This document shows positions 11,395 to 21,623 of a stretch of DNA of 32,000 nucleotides, piece after piece. The notes beneath the pieces were generated by a model. That model was not told the origin of the DNA, did not search any database, and was given only the letters and a program-made list of their open reading frames with translations. Position numbers and translations under genes: made by a program. Position 1 is the stretch's first letter. Each line of letters starts with the position of its first letter. The stretch lies in sequence record MK250016.1. One strand, given 5' to 3'. The DNA is from Prevotella phage Lak-A1.

Positions 11395-12534
11395 TTACAT
11401 AATTCCTGTAAGAACGTCATCAAGACTCATATTTGATGCAGGATTAGTTGGAGCTGCTGCAGGAACTCCACCATTAAGAATTGAATCAAGTTCACCATTT
11501 CCAACACCTGGAATATTAGCGGCATTAAAACCACCTGGTGTTGTCTGATTCATTGATGTTGCATCTGCACCCATCTCAAGACCTGTAACTGGTGCAGTAG
11601 GCATTGATGTCGGCATTACTGGTTGTGCAGGAGTTGCTGGAGATACCTGTGGCTGCATAGCTGGTTGCATATATGGATTTGCTGCTGGCATTGCTGCTGG
11701 CTGCATTCCTGTTGCTGCTTGCATTGAAGCCTGTGGATTTGTATAAATCTTAATACAAGAATTTACAAAATTAGTAGTCTCTGATGTCCATGCATGATAT
11801 TCATATGGTGCAAGTGAAGGACAATTTTCTTTAAGATAATTAAGAACAAGTGGTTTAACATCAGGATTCTGTGCAATAACTTCCTGTGTAATAACTTGCC
11901 AATTTTCCTGTCCCTGTGCATTCTTAACCTGAATACGAAGAGCACCATCCTGTGGTTGAAGATCAATAAACTGAGAATCATCAAAATTATTGAAATTTGA
12001 TACCAACTTACACTTTACATAGAAAGGACGACCAACAAACATATTAAATGGATTTCTTGGTGTACCCATTGGTGGATTCATTTCATTATAAATCTTCTCA
12101 TGGATCTTAATACCATAACGCCAAACAAGAATCTTTCCAACTAGTTGAGGCTCTGCCTTACATGAAAGAATCTGAATAAGCGATGCATAACGCTGACGAC
12201 GTGAAAAATGCTTTGAATTTTCCTTAAGAACTGGATTATCACTATTACGAAGTGCAAAGAATGTGTCCTGAAGAATATCAGGTTGACCAACTGTAGATGG
12301 ACAATCAACCTCCATCTGAGCATTTGTCAAAGGATTCTTAAGGAATACTGTATTCTTTGAAACGATAGATTTGTTAGAAGGATCTTCTGGATTTGGAATA
12401 AAGCGAATTACTGCATCATAAACCTGTCCCTGACCCTTCTTTGCTGCAGGTTTCCATTCAGTAATTTGCTGTTGCTCTACCTAAATTGTAGGAGCTGCGT
12501 TAAACAATTCATCGAGTAAATCTTTTTTAGCCAT
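11395..12534 (-). CDS. T4 gp32-like single-stranded DNA-binding protein, TAG at codon 18
   Basis: MAKKDLLDELFNAAPTI*VEQQQITEWKPAAKKGQGQVYDAVIRFIPNPEDPSNKSIVSKNTVFLK...; gp32-like layout with low-complexity linker and acidic C-terminal tail (NMSLDDVLTGIM). Confidence 0.8.
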
Positions 12535-12769
12535 AACTTTAAATACTTTAATTTTTTCTTTTTCTTTTTGTTAATTTTTTAAAACTTTAATTACTTTAAA
12601 TCTTTTGTGCACTTAAACTTAAAAAATAAATAAATCTTAAAATATTATAAATTGAACTGACACTCATTGAATTATTTAATTCATGTGCCTTAATGTTCTA
12701 ATTTATATTTTATATATTATTTATCTAAATTTGTTTTATTTTTTGTTAAAAAATATATAAAATATTTTA

Positions 12770-13375
12770 TTAAAATTCAATAATACTATTAAATATATTA
12801 TGAAGATATTCCTTATATTCTGTTTTACCATTATTTACATTAATAAGTTCCTTATTTGTTAATAAAGACATACAAAAAGCCTATTGAAATAAAATACATT
12901 CTTTGTTAATAAGTTCTTTATTTGAATTTGATAATGATAAATTATCTTCATGTTCTAACAAAAATTCCGGATCACCAACTAATACATATAGAAATATGTT
13001 TTCTTTGCCGAATATTTTAGAAGTCTTATAATCCAATACAATATTGTCCTCTGTTATTTCTTGATATGTTCTATTTCTATATAATGGACCATAAACATAT
13101 TCAGAAATCCAGCCTCTATCTAATATGATGTAATCATACATATCAGAATTATATAATGTATTAAGTTGTTTTACTAATATATCTGTATAATACATATGTG
13201 AATAATGTGGAATATCTTCTTTCTTTATTTCCTTCGGTGGTTTTTCAAGATGAATAATATTCACATTCATATTCAACTAATCCTACAAAACCGATGTGAT
13301 CCGGTTAATTAATGTAGTTTTACCGGTATTATCCATACCGTCTATTATAATAAGTTTTGTATCTTTCTATCTCAT
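12770..13375 (-). CDS. P-loop deoxynucleoside monophosphate (thymidylate) kinase-like protein, 4 TAG
   Basis: MR*KDTKLIIIDGMDNTGKTTLINRITSVL*D*LNMN...YIILDRGWISEYVYG; 202 codons; TAG at codon 3. Confidence 0.75.
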
Positions 13376-13379
13376 ATTT

Positions 13380-14255
13380 TTATGAAAAATAATAATTTAT
13401 ACGTATATTGTCCGATGATATATAACCATAAATTTCATCTACTAATCGATGAATAATAACAATTTCATCATTTAATGTTTGAATATCATTAAACGGTTCA
13501 TCAAATAATGAATCTATGTTTTCTTCATAATCATAACTTTCTGTATCATAATCTGTGTCATCCGACATTTCATTTACTTCCGGTTCTGGTTCCATTTCAG
13601 ATTCAACTTCTGGTTCTGCATCTTCACCATTTAATTTACTATATATTTTATCTATTTTTTTATCTATAGTCTTAAGTTTATCATTAAGAATTGTTGTCTT
13701 AATCTTATTCTTGAAATCCTCAATCTCCCTATTATGAATAGAGTAGAGTTCTGATAATAAAACATATGTTCTATTATAGATATAATTGTCATCTAAACAT
13801 AATTCTTTCCTTGTTTCCTCAGAACAATCTTCTGGAATACCTCGATTAATGATATTATACTTATCTTCATACCATCTTGAAAGATAAACATCTCTGATTG
13901 AACCACCGTTATCACAATATTCAGAAATCTTTTTTACTTCTTCCTGTTTCCCATTATTATTTGAAATTATTTCAAATTTATCAGTATGTGAATGAGGATT
14001 ATTTAATACCCAATATTTTACCAAATGCCATTTATAATCGCATGTTTTCATTTTCTCCCAATATTCTGGAATACCATCAATTTCATGTGCAATATGAAAT
14101 TTTCTATATGGATATTCATTATCTGAATTAACTCTATAAACATCATATGGTAATAATGTTTTCTTATCTATCTTATTTAGACTTTCTTCATTCCATACAT
14201 ATCCTTTAATACATGGTAATTTTACCTCTATAACTCTTGTTACGTATGTACTCAT
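13380..14255 (-). CDS. hypothetical protein with acidic Glu/Pro-rich linker (291 aa)
   Basis: Complete ORF, TAA stop. Confidence 0.8.
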   Translation of the reverse strand: MSTYVTRVIEVKLPCIKGYVWNEESLNKIDKKTLLPYDVYRVNSDNEYPYRKFHIAHEIDGIPEYWEKMKTCDYKWHLVKYWVLNNPHSHTDKFEIISNNNGKQEEVKKISEYCDNGGSIRDVYLSRWYEDKYNIINRGIPEDCSEETRKELCLDDNYIYNRTYVLLSELYSIHNREIEDFKNKIKTTILNDKLKTIDKKIDKIYSKLNGEDAEPEVESEMEPEPEVNEMSDDTDYDTESYDYEENIDSLFDEPFNDIQTLNDEIVIIHRLVDEIYGYISSDNIRINYYFS

Positions 14256-14361
14256 TTTATTTAAATCTATTTTTTCTATAGTTTATATTAAAAGAAATAG
14301 GTATTGTTTGAAAACAATATTTTTAATAATAAATATATTAGTAAAAAATATAAAATTTATT

Positions 14362-14745
14362 ATGAATAAAAATAGCAAACGCGCATTATATGAATCTATA
14401 ATGAAAGATGTTTCAAAAACAATAAAAAGAAAGATTAACGAAAATGTTGAAGATTTTGAAGCTGATGAATTACTTGATACATTAACAGATGATGATGTAT
14501 TCTATATTATGCATGACGAAACAGCTCGTAAACTTCGTAATCAAGTAACTGATAGAGGACAATGTTTTACAATCGATGGTATGGTTGTTTTTGTTCCTTC
14601 TATTGATGATCAATATTTCTATGTTCAACTTAATGAACAATTAATTAAAATGGGTGATTATAATTTCTTTACAGTTGCAACATGTGCATCAGATGGAGAT
14701 GACCTTATTGGAAATATTCGTATGTATTGTAATGATTTACTTTAA
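14362..14745 (+). CDS. hypothetical protein; track ORF starts at 14308 but internal start preferred
   Basis: MNKNSKRALYESIMKDVSKTIKRKINENVEDFE...; TAA stop. Confidence 0.7.
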   Translation: MNKNSKRALYESIMKDVSKTIKRKINENVEDFEADELLDTLTDDDVFYIMHDETARKLRNQVTDRGQCFTIDGMVVFVPSIDDQYFYVQLNEQLIKMGDYNFFTVATCASDGDDLIGNIRMYCNDLL

Positions 14746-14754
14746 TTAATAATT

Positions 14755-14790
14755 AAATATGGAGATTAATAAAACTAGTCTCCATATTTT
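14755..14790 (+). terminator. stem-loop terminator
   Basis: aaatatggaga...tctccatatttt. Confidence 0.65.
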
Positions 14791-14830
14791 CATTTTAAAT
14801 AAATATTTAAAACATATATTTCTCTTAATC

Positions 14831-15637
14831 ATGGAAATTAATGAAGTAAATACTATTATAGATAAAATATATCCAAATCAAATAAACCTGAAATCTTTTA
14901 ATTTTAAAAAAGAGTTGAATCCTAAAATATGGAAAAATGGAAAATTAAAAGATAACATAAGAAAACGCTTAATAAAAATAGCTAAAGAATTTATTGATTC
15001 TACTGAATTAGATTTCATTCCTATAGATATTGTTATCGTTGGCTCTATTGCATCATTTAATTGGTCAAAATATTCTGATATTGATTTACATATAATTACA
15101 GATTTCAAATAGTTAAATGATAATGTAGATTTAGTAAAAAATTATTTATATGCAAAAAAATGTGAATGGAATGATAAGCATAATAATATAAAAATATATG
15201 GTTATGATGTAGAATTATATGCATAGGATATATCAGAACAAAATGAAAGTAATGGTATATATTCTGTTAAATATAGTCATTGGTTAAAAATTCCTGCATA
15301 TAAACATAAAAAATTAGATAAAGATGCGATAAAAGAAATTGCTTCTATGTATATTAATAAAATAGAATATTATAACAGAAAATATGATGAATTAAATAGT
15401 GATAAATCTATTTTATTATTATAGTCTAAAGTTGATTATTTATATGATTCTATTATATAGGGTAGAAAAAAATCATTACCAATTGATGGTGAACAAGCAA
15501 CAGGGAATATTGTATTTAAAGTACTAAGAAGAAGTGGACATTTAGAAATGTTAAATAATCTAAAAACAAAAATATTTGACCGATTGAATTCTATTGAAGA
15601 AACATTTAAAGTTGATGATGATAAATTAATAATATAA
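14831..15637 (+). CDS. nucleotidyltransferase-fold protein, 4 in-frame TAG
   Basis: IVIVGSIASFNWSKYSDIDLHIITDFK*LNDNVDLVKNYLYAKKCEWNDKHNNIKIYGYDVELYA*DIS...; 269 codons, TAA stop; plus-strand recoded gene. Confidence 0.75.
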
Positions 15638-15683
15638 AAATAAGGGATTTAAATATACCAAATATTTAAATCCCTTATTTTTT
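15637..15683. terminator. bidirectional terminator between convergent genes
   Basis: taagggatttaaatat-accaa-atatttaaatccctta flanked by A and T tracts. Confidence 0.85.
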
Positions 15684-16080
15684 AAGATGTTCTAATAACG
15701 TCATAACACCATGCGCAATTTAAGAAATCTATGTAGACCTGTGAATTTCCATTACTTTCTATTCGTAATCGCACAGTTCCCTTATCATAATCTTGATCAA
15801 TAACATAGAATGTTACTTGTCTACCTCCTTTATTATCAGTAAAAACATCACCTGTTTTATAAACCTTATATATCTGAGTTTTTGGACTATAAATTGTTAT
15901 AACATCAGTATTAAGATTAATTGTTAAAACCATATCAGATGATTGCCAATCACCCCAATAGTATTTACCATTATAAATCTTTGCTTCTGCAAATGATGTT
16001 GTTTTATAATATTGAATTTGTGCATGTGAAGAAATTACAAATCCAAATATCATTAAAAAAATAAAAATAAATTTCTTCAT
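15682..16080 (-). CDS. secreted hypothetical protein
   Basis: N-terminal signal peptide MKKFIFIFLMIFGFVISSHA. Confidence 0.75.
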   Translation of the reverse strand: MKKFIFIFLMIFGFVISSHAQIQYYKTTSFAEAKIYNGKYYWGDWQSSDMVLTINLNTDVITIYSPKTQIYKVYKTGDVFTDNKGGRQVTFYVIDQDYDKGTVRLRIESNGNSQVYIDFLNCAWCYDVIRTS

Positions 16081-16104
16081 AATAAAATTAATTAAAAAAT
16101 TAGA

Positions 16105-16592
16105 AGCTTAGATGGGAATCGAACCCATAAAGTTTTTAATAACTTACCACACTTATTCACATAAGCAATACTTGAGTAAACTAACAGCTCATCTGTATTT
16201 GACTACTGATTTTGATATTATCTCATGGTTACTGACTTTTACTCTCACTACTGTTAACTATTTTTCATTTTTAAGTATTTTGTGGTCTGAACTTTTTTTA
16301 CCATATTTAAGTATGCGCGCTCCTTATTGTAATACCTAATACTCAATGATTAGGTGATAGTCTGCAAATTAACTATACTTCGTGTACTTAAACGTAGGTA
16401 TCTCCTATAAAGTCTCATCACAATTTATGCTGTAACACTACAATTTACATTTAAAATAGATTCACGTTCTATTACAATTTAGTAGAATATAATCTATTAT
16501 CAAAAATAGATTAATATTCATTAGGGAGATTTTTATCACTATGTATTTCTAACATGTGTAAATACTTTTTAAACTTATTCCAAATCTAAGCT
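16105..16592 (-). ncRNA. candidate structured RNA (~490 nt) with tRNA-like acceptor and T-arm closure
   Basis: No convincing ORF. Minus-strand 3' end ATGGG-TTCGATT-CCCAT-CTAAGCT; the matching AGCTTAG lies at 16586-16592 (10-bp extended pairing). Multiple internal helices including a crossing pair. Confidence 0.55.
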
Positions 16593-16622
16593 TAACCATG
16601 TTTATTATATATTATTAATATA

Positions 16623-16967
16623 TCAATGTCTACCAAACAAAGACAAAAACTTTTTAATTAATGAATTATTAGATTTATTTAGATTATTATCTGTTTTAAT
16701 TACACTAATTATATTTGATATATTTGTACCTATTAGCATATCTTGACCATCAATTTTTAATGTTATATTATTATACATAATACCTTGATATGTATTATCA
16801 TCATTTAAAAATGGTATTAATGCTTTACTATACTTATTTTCTTCTTTGTTTACAGTTTTCTGATAATTAATATATGCATTGCTTTCTAATTTAACAATCA
16901 ATGCATCCTTATCACTTATATTGGTTCTTACTTTATCTCCTATATGTAAGTCTTCAATCTTTAACAT
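16623..16967 (-). CDS. hypothetical protein (114 aa)
   Basis: ORF, TGA stop. Confidence 0.75.
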   Translation of the reverse strand: MLKIEDLHIGDKVRTNISDKDALIVKLESNAYINYQKTVNKEENKYSKALIPFLNDDNTYQGIMYNNITLKIDGQDMLIGTNISNIISVIKTDNNLNKSNNSLIKKFLSLFGRH

Positions 16968-17919
16968 AATTTTTAATAAAAATAATTTCTTTTAATAAAG
17001 ATTCAGTTAAACATGAAATATATAATTCTTTATTTGAATCATCTAACCAATTTACTATAGCTTTATTTATATATGATATAATGTCTAATATTTTATCTTT
17101 ATGTCGTTTATCATTTAAGTATTCTTTTAATACATTAAATATTACAGTATTATCATATTTGTAATTTTTACTGAATACGAAATCGATTAATGTTTCAAAT
17201 GAATTAGTATCTGTAAATGTAGCAGTTTCTCCTAATATAAATTTAATAATTTCGTTAATATCATTTGTAATAAATTTATCATCTTCTTTTACAGTAACTG
17301 GATTCTTCAATAATCCTCTTTTTCCTTTATATGTTTTATGTCTTAAAAATAAACCTTTATCATATGTTAATGTATATTTCCAGAAATCAGTTAATACATG
17401 ATCATCATTATATACATCAGGTATATTAGTAGGAATAAAGCTTGCTAAATCAATTAACAAATTTGTTCTATATAAACCTTTGAAGTTTGATTCGTTATTT
17501 CTGTAATCTGGTGAATGATACATGAATTTTGAATATTCTATATCATTAGAAAACATTAAATCTACCTGAATAACATCACTAACCCACTTAACACCAAAAG
17601 AAATAATATGGAAACCAGAACTAACCTTTATTTGAGGTTCATTATCAGAAAACGCTGGACAAATCTTATTACGAATACAATTTTCTATTGCATTAATATT
17701 GTTATCAGAGAATTCAAGTTCAACTGCAATATCAATATCACCTGAATACTCATCATCTTTTTTCTTCCCTGTTGAACCTAATGTGCATGCATTAAAATTC
17801 ATTATATTTCCATCAGTATCTTTACAATTATGTGTTAAATTATCTATTACCATACTTGCTATATATACTGCATCAAAATTTCTAACAGGCACAGAGCCTT
17901 TAATTGCCATACCACTCAT
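16954..17919 (-). CDS. nucleotidyltransferase-fold protein
   Basis: CTLGSTGKKKDDEYSGDIDIAVEL matches the GS...(D)xD NTase motif; TGA stop. Confidence 0.65.
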   Translation of the reverse strand: MSGMAIKGSVPVRNFDAVYIASMVIDNLTHNCKDTDGNIMNFNACTLGSTGKKKDDEYSGDIDIAVELEFSDNNINAIENCIRNKICPAFSDNEPQIKVSSGFHIISFGVKWVSDVIQVDLMFSNDIEYSKFMYHSPDYRNNESNFKGLYRTNLLIDLASFIPTNIPDVYNDDHVLTDFWKYTLTYDKGLFLRHKTYKGKRGLLKNPVTVKEDDKFITNDINEIIKFILGETATFTDTNSFETLIDFVFSKNYKYDNTVIFNVLKEYLNDKRHKDKILDIISYINKAIVNWLDDSNKELYISCLTESLLKEIIFIKNYVKD

Positions 17920-18024
17920 ATTATAATTTAATTAAATATATTCATATTTTGTAATTTATAATAAACTTAATGCGAAAAGTCTTTTATAATAATAAAGAAA
18001 AAATAAATTTTAGCAAACTTATAT

Positions 18025-19575
18025 ATGAATGTAAATTTAATTGTTGCTGTAGATAAAAACACACATGGTATAGGTAAAAACGGCAGAATTCCTTGGAATA
18101 ATAAAGATGATATGAAATGGTTAAAAAATGTAACAACAGGAGATGGAAATAATTCTGTTATTATGGGTAGAACCACCTATGAATCAATAGGGAAACCATT
18201 ACCGAATAGAATTAATATTGTAATTACACATAAAGATATTGAAATTGATGGTTGTATAGTATGTCATTCTATTGAAGATGCTATCAGTTATTCAAAAGAA
18301 ATTAAAATGGATTCTGCATTCATTATTGGTGGTGGATCTATTTATAAAGAAGCAATTAACAAAGATCTTATTGATATTTTATATATTGATTTTTTAAATA
18401 CAGGTTTATCTGATGAAGATTTTGATACTTATTTTGAATTTCCTCCTGTTGAACAAACATATCGTACATGTAAAAACTTAACTGATTATAATTCAAACGC
18501 AAATATTAATCCTGTTATTTCATACAGAGAACGTACATTTGTTACAACTGATTATGATTATTTGTCATTAATGAATAAAATTATTAAAAATGGAAAAACA
18601 AAACATACACGTGCAGGTGAAACATTATCTATTTTTGGTGAAATGCTTTCATTTGATTTAAGGAAAGGTTTGCCTATTCTCACAACAAAGAAAGTGTATT
18701 CAAAAGGTTGTATTCATGAATTGTTATGGATTTTACATGGTGATACAAATATAAAGTATCTTGTTGAAAATAATACTCATATATGGGATGATGATGCATA
18801 CAGATATTATTTACAGAAATTTGAATCTGATAAAGATGTAAAGACGACAAAAGAACAGTTTATTAACCGTGTAATTAAACAGGATATTATTCATTATGTT
18901 GAAGATGGTGATATGAATAGCAAAACATATATATTTGGTGATCTTGGACCTGTATATGGAAAACAATGGGTTAATTGGAATGGTATTAATCAGGTTAAAG
19001 AACTTATTCATAAATTGAAAACAAATCCTGATGACAGACGTTTAATGATTTCTGCATGGAATGTCGGAGAAATTAAAGATATGGCTTTACCTCCTTGTCA
19101 TTACTTATCACAATGGTATGTAACTGAAATGAATAACTATGAAAGAAATGAAGAATATCATAAAAGATATAATATCAATGTAGATGATAATAAACTTTTA
19201 TCTGATGAAGAATTAGATAAATTAGGAATTCCGCATCAATATTTAAGCTGTATGTGGATGCAGAGATCTGTTGATACATGTTTAGGATTACCATATGATT
19301 TATTGAGTTATTCTATATTAACTCATCTTATTGCACAGATTTGTAATATGGTTCCTTATGAAGTTAAATGTTCACTTGGTGATTGTCATATATATAAGAA
19401 CCAGTTATCTGGTGCAATTAAACAAATTCAGAGAAATCCGTTTAAATATGAACCTGCACAACTTGTGCTTAATAAAGAAATTAGAGATATTAATGATTTT
19501 AAATATGATGATATTAAAATTGTAAATTATAATTCATATTCAACAGTTAAATATCCTCTTTCTGTTGGACTTTAA
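18025..19575 (+). CDS. bifunctional dihydrofolate reductase-thymidylate synthase (516 aa)
   Basis: DHFR: LIVAVDKNTHGIGKNGRIPWNNKDDMKWLKNVT, VIMGRTTYESIGKPLPNR, IIGGGSIYKEA. TS: HTRAGETLSIFG, LPPCHYLSQWYV, RSVDTCLGLPYDLLSYSILTH, GDCHIY. Confidence 0.95.
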   Translation: MNVNLIVAVDKNTHGIGKNGRIPWNNKDDMKWLKNVTTGDGNNSVIMGRTTYESIGKPLPNRINIVITHKDIEIDGCIVCHSIEDAISYSKEIKMDSAFIIGGGSIYKEAINKDLIDILYIDFLNTGLSDEDFDTYFEFPPVEQTYRTCKNLTDYNSNANINPVISYRERTFVTTDYDYLSLMNKIIKNGKTKHTRAGETLSIFGEMLSFDLRKGLPILTTKKVYSKGCIHELLWILHGDTNIKYLVENNTHIWDDDAYRYYLQKFESDKDVKTTKEQFINRVIKQDIIHYVEDGDMNSKTYIFGDLGPVYGKQWVNWNGINQVKELIHKLKTNPDDRRLMISAWNVGEIKDMALPPCHYLSQWYVTEMNNYERNEEYHKRYNINVDDNKLLSDEELDKLGIPHQYLSCMWMQRSVDTCLGLPYDLLSYSILTHLIAQICNMVPYEVKCSLGDCHIYKNQLSGAIKQIQRNPFKYEPAQLVLNKEIRDINDFKYDDIKIVNYNSYSTVKYPLSVGL

Positions 19576-19581
19576 AAAAAT

Positions 19582-19615
19582 AAAGGTTGAAACATTCCAA
19601 AATGTTTCAACCTTT
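19582..19615. terminator. bidirectional terminator
   Basis: aaaggttgaaacatt-ccaa-aatgtttcaaccttt. Confidence 0.85.
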
Positions 19616-19631
19616 TATATTTAAATATATA

Positions 19632-20525
19632 TTATACTTCTAAAGCTAAGAAACCTAAAGCACCGAGCTCGTAGTTCTTATTCTAGGTGGTGACCTGACC
19701 AGAATAGAAACTGACATAGTACTCATTATAACTCTAATACTAACTCTACCACTCTCTACTACTCCAATACTAGAAGTGATCGAAACCTCTACCTTTTATA
19801 GCATTACGCTTTTCATTTATAGCTGCTTTATTTGCATAAATCTGATATAATTCACCTGGCATTGGTAAATACCAGTCACCTGGTTTTGTACCAGGTGTTG
19901 AATAAACAACACAACAACATGCAGGTGCACAATAACCTTTACCTTTATTACTTGTCACACCATCACATATATTCTAATCCTAATTTGTAGCATTAGATAA
20001 ACATTGTTGTGTATTCCATTTACCTCCTATATATGATGCCTTATCTTCACTACCTTTTACATTACCTATTATTGTACCGTAATTACCAAAGTACATAACG
20101 TGATAAGCTTTATTTCCAGTTGTAGGTGTATCATAATCCATGTAATTTAAAGAAACGAATCTAGCTGTTTTAACAGCACCTGTTGAATCATCGCCATTTT
20201 TAAAGTTTTCAGTAACCTCAGGAATTACACAAATAGCAATAGGTGTGTTATCAACACTATTAGTCTACGCATCAAGTGTAAGTTTACCATCAGCGGTTGA
20301 ATAAAGAATATCTGCAACAGCAGGTTTCTTTTTACTAGATGAAGCATCCAATTTAACTGGTTCCATATTTACTGAACCTAACATCAAACAATTAGGTCCA
20401 GGATGTCTTTCATCTATAAATTTAGTCGTCTAAGACTGATATACAAATGCACCATCTTTATGATGAATCTATAAAGCAGCTTCATTCATTAATTCATCTG
20501 TTGCAAACTATTTAATGAATTTCAT
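19632..20525 (-). CDS. recoded DUF1566/C-type-lectin-like protein (297 aa), probable adhesin/tail fibre, 11 TAG
   Basis: MKFIK*FATDELMNEAAL*IHHKDGAFVY...GTKPGDWYLPMPGELYQIYANKAAIN...GFDHF*YWSSREW*S*Y*SYNEYYVSFYSGQVTT*NKNYELGALGFLALEV. Confidence 0.8.
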
Positions 20526-20667
20526 AAATAATATAATTTTTTATTATATTTATACTGACAATTACTAACTTTTATGGAATCTTATAACTTTATAAACATA
20601 ACTAAATAGATATTTCATAATTAAGTTATATTTTCATAAAAACTTAAATAATTTTATCAATTTTCTA

Positions 20668-21171
20668 TTAATTTAATCCAATTTTCTTCAATTTTTCATA
20701 TAAATTTTGATAAAATTTTTCAACCAGTATAATATATCTTGAATTACCTTTTTCATTTATAATTTCATTAAAATAATCAGAATATTTTTCAACAATTTGT
20801 TTTACATATTCACTTTCATTATTTTTATAAATTATATATTGAGCATCAATTTCTTGTTTTGCATTTCTTGGACAATTAGTCTTTGTATAATGAGAACATT
20901 CCCAATCAATAATAGTTGCTTCATAATCATAATTATCACATTTATGATATTTTCCCATTTGTAAAAAATAATATTCTGGATGATGTTTATTATGAAATCT
21001 ATGAAATTTCTGTAATGTTTTATATGGTACTATTAATTTAAGAAATGGTTTTTCCATATCATGAAACAGATATTTAAATTTCCAGCATTTTTGATTTAAT
21101 GCAACCATATTAAATGAACACCAATGTGCAAACCAATATTTAAATGAACTTCTTTCTGCTTTATCAAACAT
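20668..21171 (-). CDS. DUF5662-like hypothetical protein
   Basis: RFHNKHHPEYYFLQMG motif; complete ORF. Confidence 0.6.
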   Translation of the reverse strand: MFDKAERSSFKYWFAHWCSFNMVALNQKCWKFKYLFHDMEKPFLKLIVPYKTLQKFHRFHNKHHPEYYFLQMGKYHKCDNYDYEATIIDWECSHYTKTNCPRNAKQEIDAQYIIYKNNESEYVKQIVEKYSDYFNEIINEKGNSRYIILVEKFYQNLYEKLKKIGLN

Positions 21172-21197
21172 AGTTTTATATTTTATTTTTAAAAATT

Positions 21198-21242
21198 AAA
21201 AGGAAGATTCCAAATATATTACAATATTAGAATCTTCCTTTT
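21198..21242. terminator. stem-loop terminator
   Basis: aaaaggaagattc...gaatcttcctttt. Confidence 0.7.
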
Positions 21243-21250
21243 ATTATAAG

Positions 21251-21619
21251 TTAATAAACATTTTCATTTGTTATATCAGATAATTTAGCATCTGTTACAA
21301 CAATATAAATTTTAGAATTAATTTCTTGTTCTGGATCCTCTATGAAATCATATCTAATTACCTTATATGGAATTAAATTTGTTTGTGTTTCATTTGGACA
21401 CCATATAATAGAATCTTGATTAGGAAGAGTATCAACATGGAAATCACAGATATGTATAATATCTGGTATATCATTATCTTCTGTTACTTTATATTTAATA
21501 ATACATATATTTGTCTTATTTTGTAGACTTATATTATTATCAATAACTTCTTTTTCTATTTCTTCTTCCTGTTCTAATTCAGTTTTTTTATTATTAAATA
21601 GTTGTTTAAAAATATTCAT
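21251..21619 (-). CDS. hypothetical protein (122 aa)
   Basis: Complete ORF, TAA stop. Confidence 0.75.
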   Translation of the reverse strand: MNIFKQLFNNKKTELEQEEEIEKEVIDNNISLQNKTNICIIKYKVTEDNDIPDIIHICDFHVDTLPNQDSIIWCPNETQTNLIPYKVIRYDFIEDPEQEINSKIYIVVTDAKLSDITNENVY

Positions 21620-21623
21620 TTAA

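Noticed and set aside
16112-16339. Plus-strand 75-aa ORF (MGIEPIKFLITYHTYSHKQ...)
   Set aside because: Lies antisense over the T-arm and helices of the structured RNA candidate; composition is not protein-like.
16105-16592. Calling this region a canonical tmRNA or an ordinary tRNA, or the UAG suppressor tRNA
   Set aside because: No tag-peptide ORF, no G-U acceptor pair, no normal D-arm or anticodon arm found by eye; I could not identify a CUA anticodon loop, so no suppressor tRNA is claimed in this window.
18811-19525. Small ORFs (18811-19011 minus, 19331-19525 plus) inside DHFR-TS
   Set aside because: Shadow or out-of-frame ORFs within a confidently assigned enzyme gene.
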